Below are positions 1 to 9,557 of a stretch of 33,235 nt of DNA, in pieces; within the stretch, counting starts at the first letter, position 1; the number at the start of each line of letters is the position of its first letter. A program made the position numbers and the translations under genes. The DNA comes from Candidatus Aenigmatarchaeota archaeon (GTDB taxonomy: Archaea; Aenigmatarchaeota; Aenigmatarchaeia; GW2011-AR5; JACRMX01), in assembly GCA_016219485.1 (NCBI GenBank), contig JACRMX010000035.1:1-33235 (forward strand), read 5' to 3'. The notes beneath the pieces are model-generated. The model saw nothing but the letters and a program-made list of their open reading frames with translations. It had not been told where the DNA came from and did no database searches.

Positions 1-588
1 GCCTCCACATATGGAGGAATTTTTGTCTACAAGCGCTTTGATGCTGACTGGTTGAATGAAAAGATGAAAAAAGGCAGTGTCAGGGCAATAGCCAGGCAGA
101 AATGGCCGGGATTTTTAGTAGAGGAATTAAAAATTTCCCGTGATTTTATCATGCTTGTTGCATGGACAAAAGAATCAGCCTCTACGTCTGCAATGATTAA
201 GCAGATGAACATCTTCAAAGAGTCTGACCCCGAAGAGTATAAAAGACTCTATGACAGCATAGCAGCCTTGGTTAGGCAGTTTATCGTTGCGTGGAAGAAA
301 GAAGACAGAAAAAACATTTTAGAGCTGCTGAGAAAGAATGAAGAGCTTCTGAGAGAGCTTGGCAAAAAATCAGGCGTTAATATTGAAACAGAAGAGCTGA
401 AAATACTTTCTAATCTTGCCAGCAAGGCAGGTGCTGCAGGCAAGCTCAGTGGCGCAGGTGGTGGAGACTGCGGCATTGCCATTTGTTTTGACAAAAAGAT
501 AGCTGAAAAAATAAATCAACTATGGAAAGAAGCTGGTTTGTATATAGTTGATGCGACAATAGATAGGTATGGGGTTAAAGCAGAATAA
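1..588 (+). CDS. mvaK2: Phosphomevalonate kinase (GHMP family, ERG8/Gram-positive type), 5'-truncated by window edge
   Basis: Frame is open from base 1 (ASTYGGIFVYKRFDADWL...); C-terminal GHMP motif KLSGAGGGDCGIA; next to IPP isomerase. Confidence 0.8.
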   Translation, partial: ASTYGGIFVYKRFDADWLNEKMKKGSVRAIARQKWPGFLVEELKISRDFIMLVAWTKESASTSAMIKQMNIFKESDPEEYKRLYDSIAALVRQFIVAWKKEDRKNILELLRKNEELLRELGKKSGVNIETEELKILSNLASKAGAAGKLSGAGGGDCGIAICFDKKIAEKINQLWKEAGLYIVDATIDRYGVKAE

Positions 589-594
589 TTTGAT

Positions 595-782
595 AGTTTT
601 GAAAAACCATTAGTTGGCAGACAATTGAACAAATATTATTAGAAAGTTTTTTCTGCTTTCCCCTCGATACATTGGGAAAAACTTCATTTTTCCCATGCAT
701 AGAAATTCCGAAGGAATTTCTAATGTTTAGGGGGAAAGAGAAAAAATCGCATATGACTGGAAAAATGTGGTTTTTCAAAGTC
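595..782 (+). repeat. Intergenic palindromic repeat, copy 1 (longest, with extra internal hairpins)
   Basis: Ends AGTTTTGAAAAACC / GGTTTTTCAAAGTC; core TTTTTTCTGCTTTCCCCTC...AGGGGGAAAGAGAAAAAA; inner hairpins TGGGAAAAA-N5-TTTTTCCCA and TAGAAATTCC-GAA-GGAATTTCTA. Confidence 0.85.
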
Positions 783-822
783 CTCAATTTTATTTTTTAT
801 GCTTTACGGCACAGGTGCTTTC

Positions 823-1335
823 ATGGACACGCTAATATTAGTTGACAGCAAAGATAATGAAGTGGGATACGAGGAAAAGGAAAAATGTCATATCACCCCT
901 ACAAAGCTTCATCGCGCATTTTCCGTGTTCATTTTCAACAGCAAAGGCCAGATGCTTATACAAAAAAGAAGCAGCAAAAAGAATACCTGGCCTGGATTCT
1001 GGACTAATACGTGCTGTAGTCATCCGAGAAAAGGCGAGCAGCTGGAGGATGCTGTAGTCAGAAGGCTGAAAGAAGAACTCGGCATTTCCTGCGCTCTTGA
1101 AGAGATATTTAAGTTTGAATACAAGGCTGATTATGACAAAAAATGGGGGGAGAATGAGGTTGACCATGTTTTTGTCGGCACATACGACGGGCCCATTAAA
1201 CCAAATAAAGCAGAAGTAGAAGCATTCAGGTTTGTTGATGTAGACCAGCTGAAAAAGGATGTTAAAAATAATCCTGGCAAATACACGCCATGGTTCAAGA
1301 CAGCGCTGGAAAAGGTGCTGGCAGGCAGAGAATAA
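823..1335 (+). CDS. idi: Isopentenyl-diphosphate delta-isomerase type 1 (Nudix fold)
   Basis: LHRAFSVFIFN, QKRS..K.TWPG.WTNTCCSHP, RRLKEELG, ENEVDHVF, TPWF motifs; ATG at 823 preceded by AGGTG. Confidence 0.93.
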   Translation: MDTLILVDSKDNEVGYEEKEKCHITPTKLHRAFSVFIFNSKGQMLIQKRSSKKNTWPGFWTNTCCSHPRKGEQLEDAVVRRLKEELGISCALEEIFKFEYKADYDKKWGENEVDHVFVGTYDGPIKPNKAEVEAFRFVDVDQLKKDVKNNPGKYTPWFKTALEKVLAGRE

Positions 1336-1349
1336 CATATCAGAATCGA

Positions 1350-1474
1350 GAGTTTTGAAAAACCCTATCATGTAAACAACTGAATAGACTTTGTCATAAC
1401 GTTTTTTCTGCTTTCCCCTCAATTTTTAGGGGGAAAGAGAAAAAACCGATTTTGATAAAGAGTTTTTCAAAGTC
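1350..1474 (+). repeat. Intergenic palindromic repeat, copy 2
   Basis: GAGTTTTGAAAAACCCTATC...TTTTTTCTGCTTTCCCCTC-AATTTTT-AGGGGGAAAGAGAAAAAACCG...GAGTTTTTCAAAGTC; closely similar to 27803-27939. Confidence 0.9.
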
Positions 1475-1556
1475 ATCAGTTATAAACTTTATCTTAATGC
1501 AAAGAAATCCCAAAAGAATTTCTTATGTATGGAAAGGCTGAAAGCTTTTCCAATAT

Positions 1557-1745
1557 CTACGCTGTTTGTTTCACAGCCCTTATAAGATGGCCTGCTATTT
1601 TATTGCGTGTTTTCTTCTCCTCGACCATGTCCATTTCTTTAAGTATCTTCTTGTTTTCTTCAAAACTTTCTGTAAATTTTCCAGGATACCGTTCCATGAG
1701 CTCCCATGAAGCCCTTTTTATGTCCGCAGTTTTTATTCTTCCCAT
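1557..1745 (-). CDS. rps17e: 30S ribosomal protein S17e
   Basis: MGRIKT..IKR...EL...YP.KFT..FEENK...KKTRNKIAG. Confidence 0.93.
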   Translation of the reverse strand: MGRIKTADIKRASWELMERYPGKFTESFEENKKILKEMDMVEEKKTRNKIAGHLIRAVKQTA

Positions 1746-1801
1746 ATCCATCAATCATAACCACTAATGTCTTTAAAAGGTTTAAACCAGTAGAAAAATC
1801 T

Positions 1802-2776
1802 ATGAAAGCAGCTATGGCAAAATGCCCCTTTGGCATTTTCATATTCGATGAACAAGGCAATATTCTTGCCAGCAGGCTCTATCCAAAAGACCCTCAAAAG
1901 GCGCTGGAGCTCTTCGGTGAAAAAACACCAAAAGAACTGCTTGACCAGCTTAAGGGGTATGAGCTAAAAACAAAGAGCAGTGAAGCTGACAGCATGCTAA
2001 GGGTCAGAATCCGCGAAATCGGGCTGGAAATTTTCGGAAGCCATGAGAACATGAACGAGTTTTTATCCGAATTCGGCATGGCGTTTACGCGGTCAAGGAT
2101 GAAAAAGGCTGTTGGAAGGGACAATCTCATTATACAGGCATCAAATGCACTTGATGACATTAATAAAAGCATAAACCTGTTTGTTACACGGCTGAGAGAA
2201 TGGTATGGCTTGCACTATCCTGAGCTCAAGCTGAGCGACAATGAGCTGATAAAAAGCGTATGCGAGCTTGGTGCAAGGGAAAATTTTCCAAAATTCAGGT
2301 CAAGCACAGGCACAGGGCTTGTGCCTGAAGATGAAGAAATTTTAATGAAATATGCTGCTTTAATAGAAAGGATGCATGAGGACAAGAAAGGGCTTGAAAA
2401 ATATGTGAAGGAATCTGTAAGGGAGACGATGCCTAATTTTTCCTCGCTGATAGACCCGCTTCTTGCTGCCCGTATGCTTGCAATGGCAGGCTCAACTGAA
2501 AGACTGGCGAGAATGACAGCGTCCACCATCCAGCTGCTTGGCGCTGAGAAAGCCCTGTTCAGGCACCTGAAACAGAAAGGAAAGCCGCCAAAGTTCGGGC
2601 TGATTTTTTATTCTCCGTATGTGCAAAATGCGCCTGAAGGAAAAAGGGGCAAGATGGCCAGATTTTTGGCATCAAAGCTGATGCTTGCAGCAAGGATTGA
2701 TTATTATTCAAAGCGGGATGAAAGCAGCAGGCTTAAAAAAGAGCTGGAAGAAGAAATAGGAAGGGTGCTTGCATGA
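1802..2776 (+). CDS. nop5: Box C/D sRNP protein Nop5 (Nop56/58 family)
   Basis: RLREWYGLHYPEL, ASTIQLLGAEKALFRHL, PPKFGLIF, RGKMARFLASKL..AARID; start moved to ATG 1802. Confidence 0.93.
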   Translation: MKAAMAKCPFGIFIFDEQGNILASRLYPKDPQKALELFGEKTPKELLDQLKGYELKTKSSEADSMLRVRIREIGLEIFGSHENMNEFLSEFGMAFTRSRMKKAVGRDNLIIQASNALDDINKSINLFVTRLREWYGLHYPELKLSDNELIKSVCELGARENFPKFRSSTGTGLVPEDEEILMKYAALIERMHEDKKGLEKYVKESVRETMPNFSSLIDPLLAARMLAMAGSTERLARMTASTIQLLGAEKALFRHLKQKGKPPKFGLIFYSPYVQNAPEGKRGKMARFLASKLMLAARIDYYSKRDESSRLKKELEEEIGRVLA

Positions 2777-3411
2777 AAGAGATATTTCCAGGCATTTTCA
2801 GAAAAGGAAATGAGCTGTACACTGTTAACGCAGTTCCTGGAAAACGCGTTTATGGTGAAAAATTAACAGATAACTACAGGGAATGGATTCCTGACAGAAG
2901 CAAGCTTGCTTCTGCAATATTATGCGGCCTGAAAGAAATGCCTGTAAAGCCGGGTGCAAAAATAGTTTACCTGGGAGCATCTACAGGAACCACAGTATCG
3001 CATGTTTCTGATATTATCGGCCTAGATGGAATCGTCTATGCAGTTGAGTTCGCAGAGCGCGTAATGAGAAAACTGATGGATGTTGCTAAGGACAGAAAAA
3101 ATATCGTGCCGATACTTGCTGATGCCAGAAAGCCTGAAGATTACAGCTGGGTGGAAGAGTGTGATGTTGTATACGTGGATGTTGCTGACCCGCAGGAGAC
3201 AGAGCTTTCGCTGAGGAACGCCGAAGCATTCCTGAAAAAAGGCGGCTACATGCTTATAGCAGTCAAGTCTCAGAGCATTGATGTTACAAAAGACCCTAAG
3301 CTCGTGTTTAAGGAGGAATCAGAAAAGCTCAAAGACTACAAAATTCTGCAGATAGTTGATATAGACAAATACCAGAAAGACCACGCGCTAGTTGTTGCTG
3401 TCAATCAATAG
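2773..3411 (+). CDS. flpA: Fibrillarin rRNA/tRNA 2'-O-methyltransferase
   Basis: VYGE, YREW.P.RSKL, YLGASTGTTVSHVSD, YAVEF, DARKP; 4-nt ATGA overlap with nop5. Confidence 0.96.
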   Translation: MKEIFPGIFRKGNELYTVNAVPGKRVYGEKLTDNYREWIPDRSKLASAILCGLKEMPVKPGAKIVYLGASTGTTVSHVSDIIGLDGIVYAVEFAERVMRKLMDVAKDRKNIVPILADARKPEDYSWVEECDVVYVDVADPQETELSLRNAEAFLKKGGYMLIAVKSQSIDVTKDPKLVFKEESEKLKDYKILQIVDIDKYQKDHALVVAVNQ

Positions 3412-3464
3412 GATAGTGTTTTTGCTTCATCTGTGTATAATCATATCTGGCTTCCTTTTTCAGC

Positions 3465-4517
3465 TTATTTTTCTTCCACGATTTTTATCAGCTTTTTCCT
3501 GAACCTTTCCCAGTCTTCTTTTTTTATCGTGGCACCTGCGGCATTAGCGTGCCCGCCTGCCAAGGCGTCCATACCCCTGCCCGCCTTTTTCAGGATGGCA
3601 GATACGTCAAACCTGTTAGTCTGGTTCCTTGCGCTTATTTTTACGCGGCTGCCGACATTCTGGTATACTACCACAAGCTTGTCTGGAAACATTTCGCTTA
3701 TTTTTGTTGAGATAGGAGAGCGAAGATTATAGGCAGACCTGAGGTTATATAGAATAAGGCCGTGCGTTTTTTCCGAAGATTTCTCAAAGTCTACCATGAC
3801 GCCAGCTATTTCTGTTTCCATCTTTCTATAAGACCCGATAATATCTTCATTTTTCATCAGCTCATCCAGCGAGCCTGATCGTTCTATTATCCTGACAATT
3901 TCCTCTGAGCTGAGTTTCTTGGTCGCTCTCGTTGCAGAAATCATGTTCACGGCTTTTCCGAGCTTCGACTCCAGCAAAGGCTCTCCGGATATGCCAGGAT
4001 ATTTATTCTTTATTTCATTTACAATGTCCATGGAATCGGAAAAATCGTAATCCCCTACAATTCCTATTCCTGCAACCCACAGCCGGTTTTTAATATCAGC
4101 CATTTTTGAGCATATTTTGTACACAAGATATGAGCAGGACTGGTAGACGTCTTTTTCAAATCTAGGATTGTAATGAATTATATTTTTCCCATTAACGTTT
4201 CTGCTTATCTGATGATGGTCTATTATAAGGACATTTGAAAATCCGCTTATTTTTTTAAGCGTCTCCATGTCCTGGTCTATTGCAAGATCCAAAAAAATAA
4301 TTTTGGTTGGCAGTGAAAGCTTTATTTTCTGCAGCAAATTCTTGTCTATAGGCATTGGCTGGGATATGAGGTATGCATCCAGGCCCGGCTGCTTTTTCAG
4401 AAAAATGCTCATGAGGGCTGCGGCAGCTATACCGTCGGCATCGTTATGGAAAATAATAATGAGGTTGTCATCGGTTCCGATAGAATTAAGAAAATCTATA
4501 ACCTTGTTCTCGTTCAT
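3465..4517 (-). CDS. DHH/DHHA1 family phosphoesterase (RecJ/NrnA-like)
   Basis: FHNDADG, FLDLA, IIDHH, GIVGD, C-terminal SAR and GGH motifs. Confidence 0.85.
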   Translation of the reverse strand: MNENKVIDFLNSIGTDDNLIIIFHNDADGIAAAALMSIFLKKQPGLDAYLISQPMPIDKNLLQKIKLSLPTKIIFLDLAIDQDMETLKKISGFSNVLIIDHHQISRNVNGKNIIHYNPRFEKDVYQSCSYLVYKICSKMADIKNRLWVAGIGIVGDYDFSDSMDIVNEIKNKYPGISGEPLLESKLGKAVNMISATRATKKLSSEEIVRIIERSGSLDELMKNEDIIGSYRKMETEIAGVMVDFEKSSEKTHGLILYNLRSAYNLRSPISTKISEMFPDKLVVVYQNVGSRVKISARNQTNRFDVSAILKKAGRGMDALAGGHANAAGATIKKEDWERFRKKLIKIVEEK

Positions 4518-4587
4518 TGAATCACCGCAATTTATTAGAAAAGCAATGCTTTTCTATACATGGAAATTCCTTTAGAATTTCCAATGT

Positions 4588-7449
4588 TTACAGCTTTTTA
4601 AGCCAGAATTTCGCTGAAGCCTTTTTAAAAGATACAGCCCCGGATGGGTTTCTCACATCTTTAAATTCTATGCTTTCGGCGCCCACCTTTTCTTTTATCT
4701 CTTTTTCATACTTTTTTAGTTTTTTGTTGTCAACTACCAGCGCTATTTCTTCACTGACAACAAGGCCCATTTCCTTCCTTTTTTTCTGAATCTCCCTTGT
4801 GAGCTCGTGCAGCAACGCCAGATCTTCATCTGCTTTGGTAATAAGCTCCACTGAAATTTCACCTTTCCTCTGTGGAGCCTTTGGCGTCCCAAGCCTGACT
4901 TTTTCCACGTTTGCAAGCCTTTCCACCACAGTGCATAATTTTTTGTCCATCTTCGCATCTGTCGTAAGCCCAGGAAGAGGCCACCGGAGCTTGATATCAT
5001 GGTCTTTTCTTATTGAATTTGTCATCGTTACTATTTCTTCTGCAACTATCATCTGCTCCTCCAATTTTTTATCAATAGCCTTTTCATCATGCTTTGGCCA
5101 TTTTTCCGTATGGACGGATTTTCCATACAAGTCGTAAAAGACATATTCTGCTACGAATGGCGTTATAGGAGCCATGAGTTTTGTCAGCTTGGTTAATGTT
5201 TCGGTTAAGGTAAAATTCACTGCTCTATCATTGCGCTCCCTTACCAGTTTAATATACGTTCTCGAGAGGTCGTTTACTATAAATTCAACAATACATCTTC
5301 CTGCTACATGGAAACGGAAATTCTCAAGGTCGTCTGTAGTTGATTTTATGAGCGAATTGAGTTTTGACAGAATCCACATGTCCTCTATCTGAAGCTCGTA
5401 TGCCTTGGTCTCTAGTTTTGTGTATGTTTTGAAATAGTTGTAAACATTCCAGAATATGTTTACAGACTTTCCGAGCTCCTTTGCGTTTTTCATCGAAAAT
5501 TTTTGCGTTTCCCACGGTGCTATGTCATAGCAGTAATAGAGGCGAAGAAGATCAGCTCCAAGTTTATTGTAAGCATCTTCTGCAGACACAACGTTTCCAA
5601 GGCTCTTGCTCATCTTCTCCCCTTTTTCATCAAGTGTCCACCCGTTCAGGCATACGGTTTCATAAGGCTTTGTGCCGAAAGTAGCCATGCTGCAAAGCAT
5701 CAGCGTATGAAACCATCCCCTTATCTGATCGCTGCTCTCATCTATCAGGTCAACTGTCCAGAGTTTTTCAAATAGCTCCTTGTTTTTTCCAGGGTATCCT
5801 AACGATGCCCATGGCGATATTCCGGAGTCAAACCACACGTCCATTATATCCTTTTCCCTTGCCATTTCACCTCCACATTCGCATTTCAGCGTTATTCTAT
5901 CAACCGTATTTTTATAGAGGTCTTTAACATGGCTGCCGCTTTCCTTTTTCAGCTCATCCAGGCTTTCCATGACCTTTTTTGCCCTGCATGAAGCACATAT
6001 CCAGACTGGAAATGGTATGCCCCAATACCTCTGCCTTGTTACAGCCCAGTCCGGAGATTCTGTTATTAAATTATGATAGCGTTCTCTGGCAAATTCAGGA
6101 AGCCAGTTTACTTTTTTGTTTTCTTTTATTATTTTTTCGCGTATCGTGTCCAGCTTAAGGAACCATTGCCGGCTCATTCTGTAGATAAGCGGAGTTTTGC
6201 ACCTCCAGCAGAGCGGATAGGAGTGCGTTATGCGGCTAGAATGCAGCAGAAGACCTTCTGCTCTGAGCGCGTCTATTATTTTTTCATCAGCGTTCTTGAC
6301 GAACAACCCTGCAAAATCCCCGGCTTCTGCTGTCAGCTCTCCTTTTTCATTTACAGGCGAGGGCTCAGGAAGATTGTAGTACTTTCCTATTTTATTGTCC
6401 ACATCACCATGCCCTGGAGCTGTGTGCACAAGTCCTGTTCCAGTATCCATTGTAACCATATGTCCGAATTCTTCCCCATCTTCTATCATTTTTTTTGCCT
6501 TTATTTTTCCCGCGACTCTCTTCTTCATTACGGGCACTGATAAAAGAACCTGATGCGCATTTTTGTTTTTCTTTAGTTTTTCCTGTTGCGGCACTTTAAG
6601 CACAGGATCATAACCCATTCTTTCAAGCTTCTTTCCAGGAAATTTTTCAAGAATCTGGTAGTCCATTTCTATTTTTTCAAGCTCCTCCAGCCTTTTTTCC
6701 GCGATTATAAGGATGTCATCTCCAACTTTGGCCTTTACATATATTTCATCAGGGTGTGCTACTATTGCAACATTTGCTGCAAGTGTCCATGGGGTTGTTG
6801 TCCATACAAGCAAATATTCTTTTCTCCCTTTAACAGGAAACTTTATGAATATAGAGGGGTCTTCCAGCGTCTTGTACGAGTCGCTGACCTCATATCCTGA
6901 CAGGACAGTTTCACACCGCGGGCACCAGAAACCAGGCTTCTTGCCTTCAATAAGCAGCCCCTTTTCAAACCACTGTTTTACTGTCCACCATCCACTTTCA
7001 AGGTAGTAGTTTTCAGATGTCAGGTATGGTTTAACCCATCCTCGCCAGACACCCATTTTTTTGTATAGATTTATCCATACAGGCTCATTGCCTTTTGCAA
7101 ATTTTTTGCATTCGTCTATAAATTTGTCTATGCCTATTTTTTCTTCTATGTCACTTTTGCTTTTTACACCGAGCCCTTTTTCCACTTCGTTTTCTATAGG
7201 CAGGCCACCACAGTCAAATCCCGGCTGAAACCATACGGAAAAGCCCTGCATGTATTTGAATTTCCCCCATATATCCTTGAATGTGGTTGTCTTTACATGG
7301 CCGACGTGCGGCATGCCGTTTACATAAGGCGGGCCATCAAGAAGATAAAATTTCTTTCTTTTCCAGTCCATCTGGACAATTGTTTCAGCTACCCCCTTTT
7401 CATGCCAGATTTTCTGGACTTTCTTTTCAATTTCTTTGGGATTATACAT
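4588..7449 (-). CDS. ileS: Isoleucine--tRNA ligase
   Basis: DGPPY, HVGH (HIGH), WTTTPWTL, GTGLVHTAPGHG, DW.V.RQRYWG, DQIRGWF, KMSKS; likely start ATG 7449 after GTGAT, overlapping the cimA stop. Confidence 0.95.
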   Translation of the reverse strand: MYNPKEIEKKVQKIWHEKGVAETIVQMDWKRKKFYLLDGPPYVNGMPHVGHVKTTTFKDIWGKFKYMQGFSVWFQPGFDCGGLPIENEVEKGLGVKSKSDIEEKIGIDKFIDECKKFAKGNEPVWINLYKKMGVWRGWVKPYLTSENYYLESGWWTVKQWFEKGLLIEGKKPGFWCPRCETVLSGYEVSDSYKTLEDPSIFIKFPVKGRKEYLLVWTTTPWTLAANVAIVAHPDEIYVKAKVGDDILIIAEKRLEELEKIEMDYQILEKFPGKKLERMGYDPVLKVPQQEKLKKNKNAHQVLLSVPVMKKRVAGKIKAKKMIEDGEEFGHMVTMDTGTGLVHTAPGHGDVDNKIGKYYNLPEPSPVNEKGELTAEAGDFAGLFVKNADEKIIDALRAEGLLLHSSRITHSYPLCWRCKTPLIYRMSRQWFLKLDTIREKIIKENKKVNWLPEFARERYHNLITESPDWAVTRQRYWGIPFPVWICASCRAKKVMESLDELKKESGSHVKDLYKNTVDRITLKCECGGEMAREKDIMDVWFDSGISPWASLGYPGKNKELFEKLWTVDLIDESSDQIRGWFHTLMLCSMATFGTKPYETVCLNGWTLDEKGEKMSKSLGNVVSAEDAYNKLGADLLRLYYCYDIAPWETQKFSMKNAKELGKSVNIFWNVYNYFKTYTKLETKAYELQIEDMWILSKLNSLIKSTTDDLENFRFHVAGRCIVEFIVNDLSRTYIKLVRERNDRAVNFTLTETLTKLTKLMAPITPFVAEYVFYDLYGKSVHTEKWPKHDEKAIDKKLEEQMIVAEEIVTMTNSIRKDHDIKLRWPLPGLTTDAKMDKKLCTVVERLANVEKVRLGTPKAPQRKGEISVELITKADEDLALLHELTREIQKKRKEMGLVVSEEIALVVDNKKLKKYEKEIKEKVGAESIEFKDVRNPSGAVSFKKASAKFWLKKL

Positions 7450-8953
7450 GACTATCACTTTTCAGTTTATCTATATAATATTTATAGCTATCAACAAGAA
7501 CACCAAAGGATGCTTTTATCAGGTCTGTTGAGCTTCTTATTGAACTCCATTCACTTCCATTATATGCAAATCTTGCTGTTACTGCAACTTCTGCTTCTGT
7601 TCCCATTTCACCAGGGGATATTGGTGCATCGTAATCTACAAGACAAACATCATCTACAGGATAGTAATTTGAAAGCGCCTTCTTGAGAGCCTTGTCAAGT
7701 GCATTTACTTCACCATCACCTTTGGAAGCTCCAAGTATAGCTTCACCGTTTATTTCAATTTCTACAGTAGCTTCTGCCTGAGTGCGATCTGTATTCAATG
7801 TCCTGAAACTTCTGACAATGAAAGGTTCATTGTATTCACCAAGCTCTTCTTTGATCATGAGGTAAGCTTGCGCATCTCCTATTTCTCTGCCACCAGTGTT
7901 TATTCTTTCAAGAATTTGTAAAACTCTTGGATCATCTCTTGAAACCTCATATCCCAATTCCCTCATAAATGCTGCTATGGCAGAACTTCCTGACTGATTT
8001 GATAGTGGAAATCTTCTATGGTTTCCAACTATTTCAGGTTCTACGTGTTCGTAAGCTATGGGATTTTTCAGAACAGCGCTTGTATGCACTCCGCCTTTAT
8101 GAGCAAATGCACTGGTTCCTTTGTAAGGTGCTTCAGGACTTATTCTCTGTCTGGATAATTTTGCTATCTTTCTTGAAACATTTGTAATGTCTGGTAAAAT
8201 ATCTTTATAGGAGCCATCTATTTTGCACAGGCTGCACATTAGTTCTTGTAAATCAAGATTGCCACATCTTTCTCCCAAACCATTCATTGTTCCCTGTACA
8301 TGAACAGAACCCGCTCTTATTGCTTCAAGAGTATTTGCAAGAGCAAGGCCGCCATCGTTGTGGCAGTGTATGCCAACAGGCATTGACGAATTTTTAACAA
8401 CTTCTTCTGTAATTTGGCGTATTTCCCATGGAAAGCACCCGCCTCTTGTATCGCAGAGAACCAACATATCAGCTCCTCCATTGCAAGCAGCTTCCAGGCA
8501 TTTCATAGCGTAATCCGGATTATCCTTGTGTCCATCATAAAAATGTTCAGCATCGTAAAAAACAGGCTTACCTGTTTTTTTAAGCCTACGAACAGATTTT
8601 TCTATTGTCTGCAAATAATCATCAGGTTTTTTTTCTATCAGGTTCACATGGAGCAGCCAGCTTTTGCCAAATATGGTGTAAACATCAGGGCTAGCCCTTA
8701 TTAATGCACTCAAATTTTCATCAGTTTCAGCGTCTCCTCTGGCTGTCATGCCAAAGGCAGCTATTTTTGCGCTGGTTCTGCTTACTCTTCTAAAATATTC
8801 GCTGTCAACAGGGTTTGAGTAAGGCCACCCACCTTCTATATAATCCAAATATGGAGACAATAGTTTTGTTATATCTAACTTATTCTGTAAACTAAATGAA
8901 ATACCAGACCTTTGTGCACCATCGCGCAATGTTGTGTCGTAAATTTCAACCAT
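7442..8953 (-). CDS. cimA: Citramalate synthase (LeuA/CimA family, EGGWP/DAEHF subtype) with C-terminal regulatory domain
   Basis: YDTTLRDGAQ, YIEGGWPYSNP, IFGKSW, FYDAEHFYDG, HCHND, GERCGN, AFAHKGGVH; C-terminal G.G.VNALD.AL allosteric domain. Confidence 0.82.
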   Translation of the reverse strand: MVEIYDTTLRDGAQRSGISFSLQNKLDITKLLSPYLDYIEGGWPYSNPVDSEYFRRVSRTSAKIAAFGMTARGDAETDENLSALIRASPDVYTIFGKSWLLHVNLIEKKPDDYLQTIEKSVRRLKKTGKPVFYDAEHFYDGHKDNPDYAMKCLEAACNGGADMLVLCDTRGGCFPWEIRQITEEVVKNSSMPVGIHCHNDGGLALANTLEAIRAGSVHVQGTMNGLGERCGNLDLQELMCSLCKIDGSYKDILPDITNVSRKIAKLSRQRISPEAPYKGTSAFAHKGGVHTSAVLKNPIAYEHVEPEIVGNHRRFPLSNQSGSSAIAAFMRELGYEVSRDDPRVLQILERINTGGREIGDAQAYLMIKEELGEYNEPFIVRSFRTLNTDRTQAEATVEIEINGEAILGASKGDGEVNALDKALKKALSNYYPVDDVCLVDYDAPISPGEMGTEAEVAVTARFAYNGSEWSSIRSSTDLIKASFGVLVDSYKYYIDKLKSDSHV

Positions 8954-8976
8954 AAAACCACCTGAGAAAGCAGGAG

Positions 8977-9051
8977 CTATATAATTAGAATAATGTTAAT
9001 AATGCCAGAGCTCAGCCTAAAGAAATCATTTTTGTACAATGGGGCATTCAC
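8977..9051 (-). CDS. Putative Ile-rich leader peptide (MNAPLYKNDFFRLSSGIINIILII*)
   Basis: GTG-start 24-codon ORF, 6 Ile codons among last 8, stop 23 nt upstream of cimA ATG; not in ORF track. Confidence 0.55.
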   Translation of the reverse strand: MNAPLYKNDFFRLSSGIINIILII

Positions 9052-9091
9052 TTTTCATCTCTGACACCTTTCCTATTCTTGTGCAGAAGCG

Positions 9092-9107
9092 TTTAAAAAG
9101 CTTTATC
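9092..9107 (-). promoter_or_regulatory. BRE/TATA promoter for leader-cimA-ileS
   Basis: Minus strand GATAAAG-C-TTTTTAAA about 40 nt upstream of the leader start. Confidence 0.5.
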
Positions 9108-9133
9108 TACTCTATAGAAAAATAAAGAAAAAT

Positions 9134-9206
9134 GGCTGTGTTGATGTAACGGCTAGCATAAGGGACTGTGGATCCCTTCGTCTGGGTTCGAATCCCAGGC
9201 ACGGCC
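9134..9206 (+). tRNA. tRNA-His(GTG), genomically encoded G-1
   Basis: Acceptor GCTGTGT/GCACGGC, anticodon arm AGGGA-CTGTGGA-TCCCT, T arm CTGGG-TTCGAAT-CCCAG, discriminator C. Confidence 0.95.
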
Positions 9207-9209
9207 CTC

Positions 9210-9461
9210 ATGAAATATACTATTGTTTTTATTATGCTTTTTGTCATGCTTCTGGCGTCAGGCTGCATAACAGGAGACGTTGCAAGAGAAACGACGACTA
9301 CGCTCTCGGCAGAGCAGATGAAAAACAGGGACTACAGAGACTGCATGAATAAATGCAGCGAGTATAGCACCTGCACGAGATACCTGTCTGAAGCAGAATG
9401 CGACCATATTAAAGAAGACTGCAGGAGATGCATGGATGATATTGCAGCAAAATATGGGTAG
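9210..9461 (+). CDS. Small Cys-rich putative lipoprotein
   Basis: MKYTIVFIMLFVMLLASGC lipobox-like signal; six further Cys (CMNKC...C...C...CRRC). Confidence 0.65.
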   Translation: MKYTIVFIMLFVMLLASGCITGDVARETTTTLSAEQMKNRDYRDCMNKCSEYSTCTRYLSEAECDHIKEDCRRCMDDIAAKYG

Positions 9462-9476
9462 GAGACTTTTTACAAG

Positions 9477-9519
9477 AAAGTCACTTCGTGACAATTTTTT
9501 ACAAAACCGAAGTGACTTT
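9477..9519. repeat. 12-bp perfect inverted repeat (hairpin/terminator-like)
   Basis: AAAGTCACTTCG...CGAAGTGACTTT. Confidence 0.6.
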
Positions 9520-9557
9520 ATGCATAAGATATAAAGTTATAAACTTTATATCTTAAT

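Noticed and set aside
9014-9058. Alternative upstream mini-ORFs MKSECPIVQK* and MPHCTKMISLG*
   Set aside because: No amino-acid bias relevant to cimA; kept only as a caveat to the leader hypothesis because ATG 9058 has the better-spaced SD.
9168-9209. GTG start of the lipoprotein ORF
   Set aside because: Lies inside tRNA-His; ATG 9210 gives a clean signal peptide.
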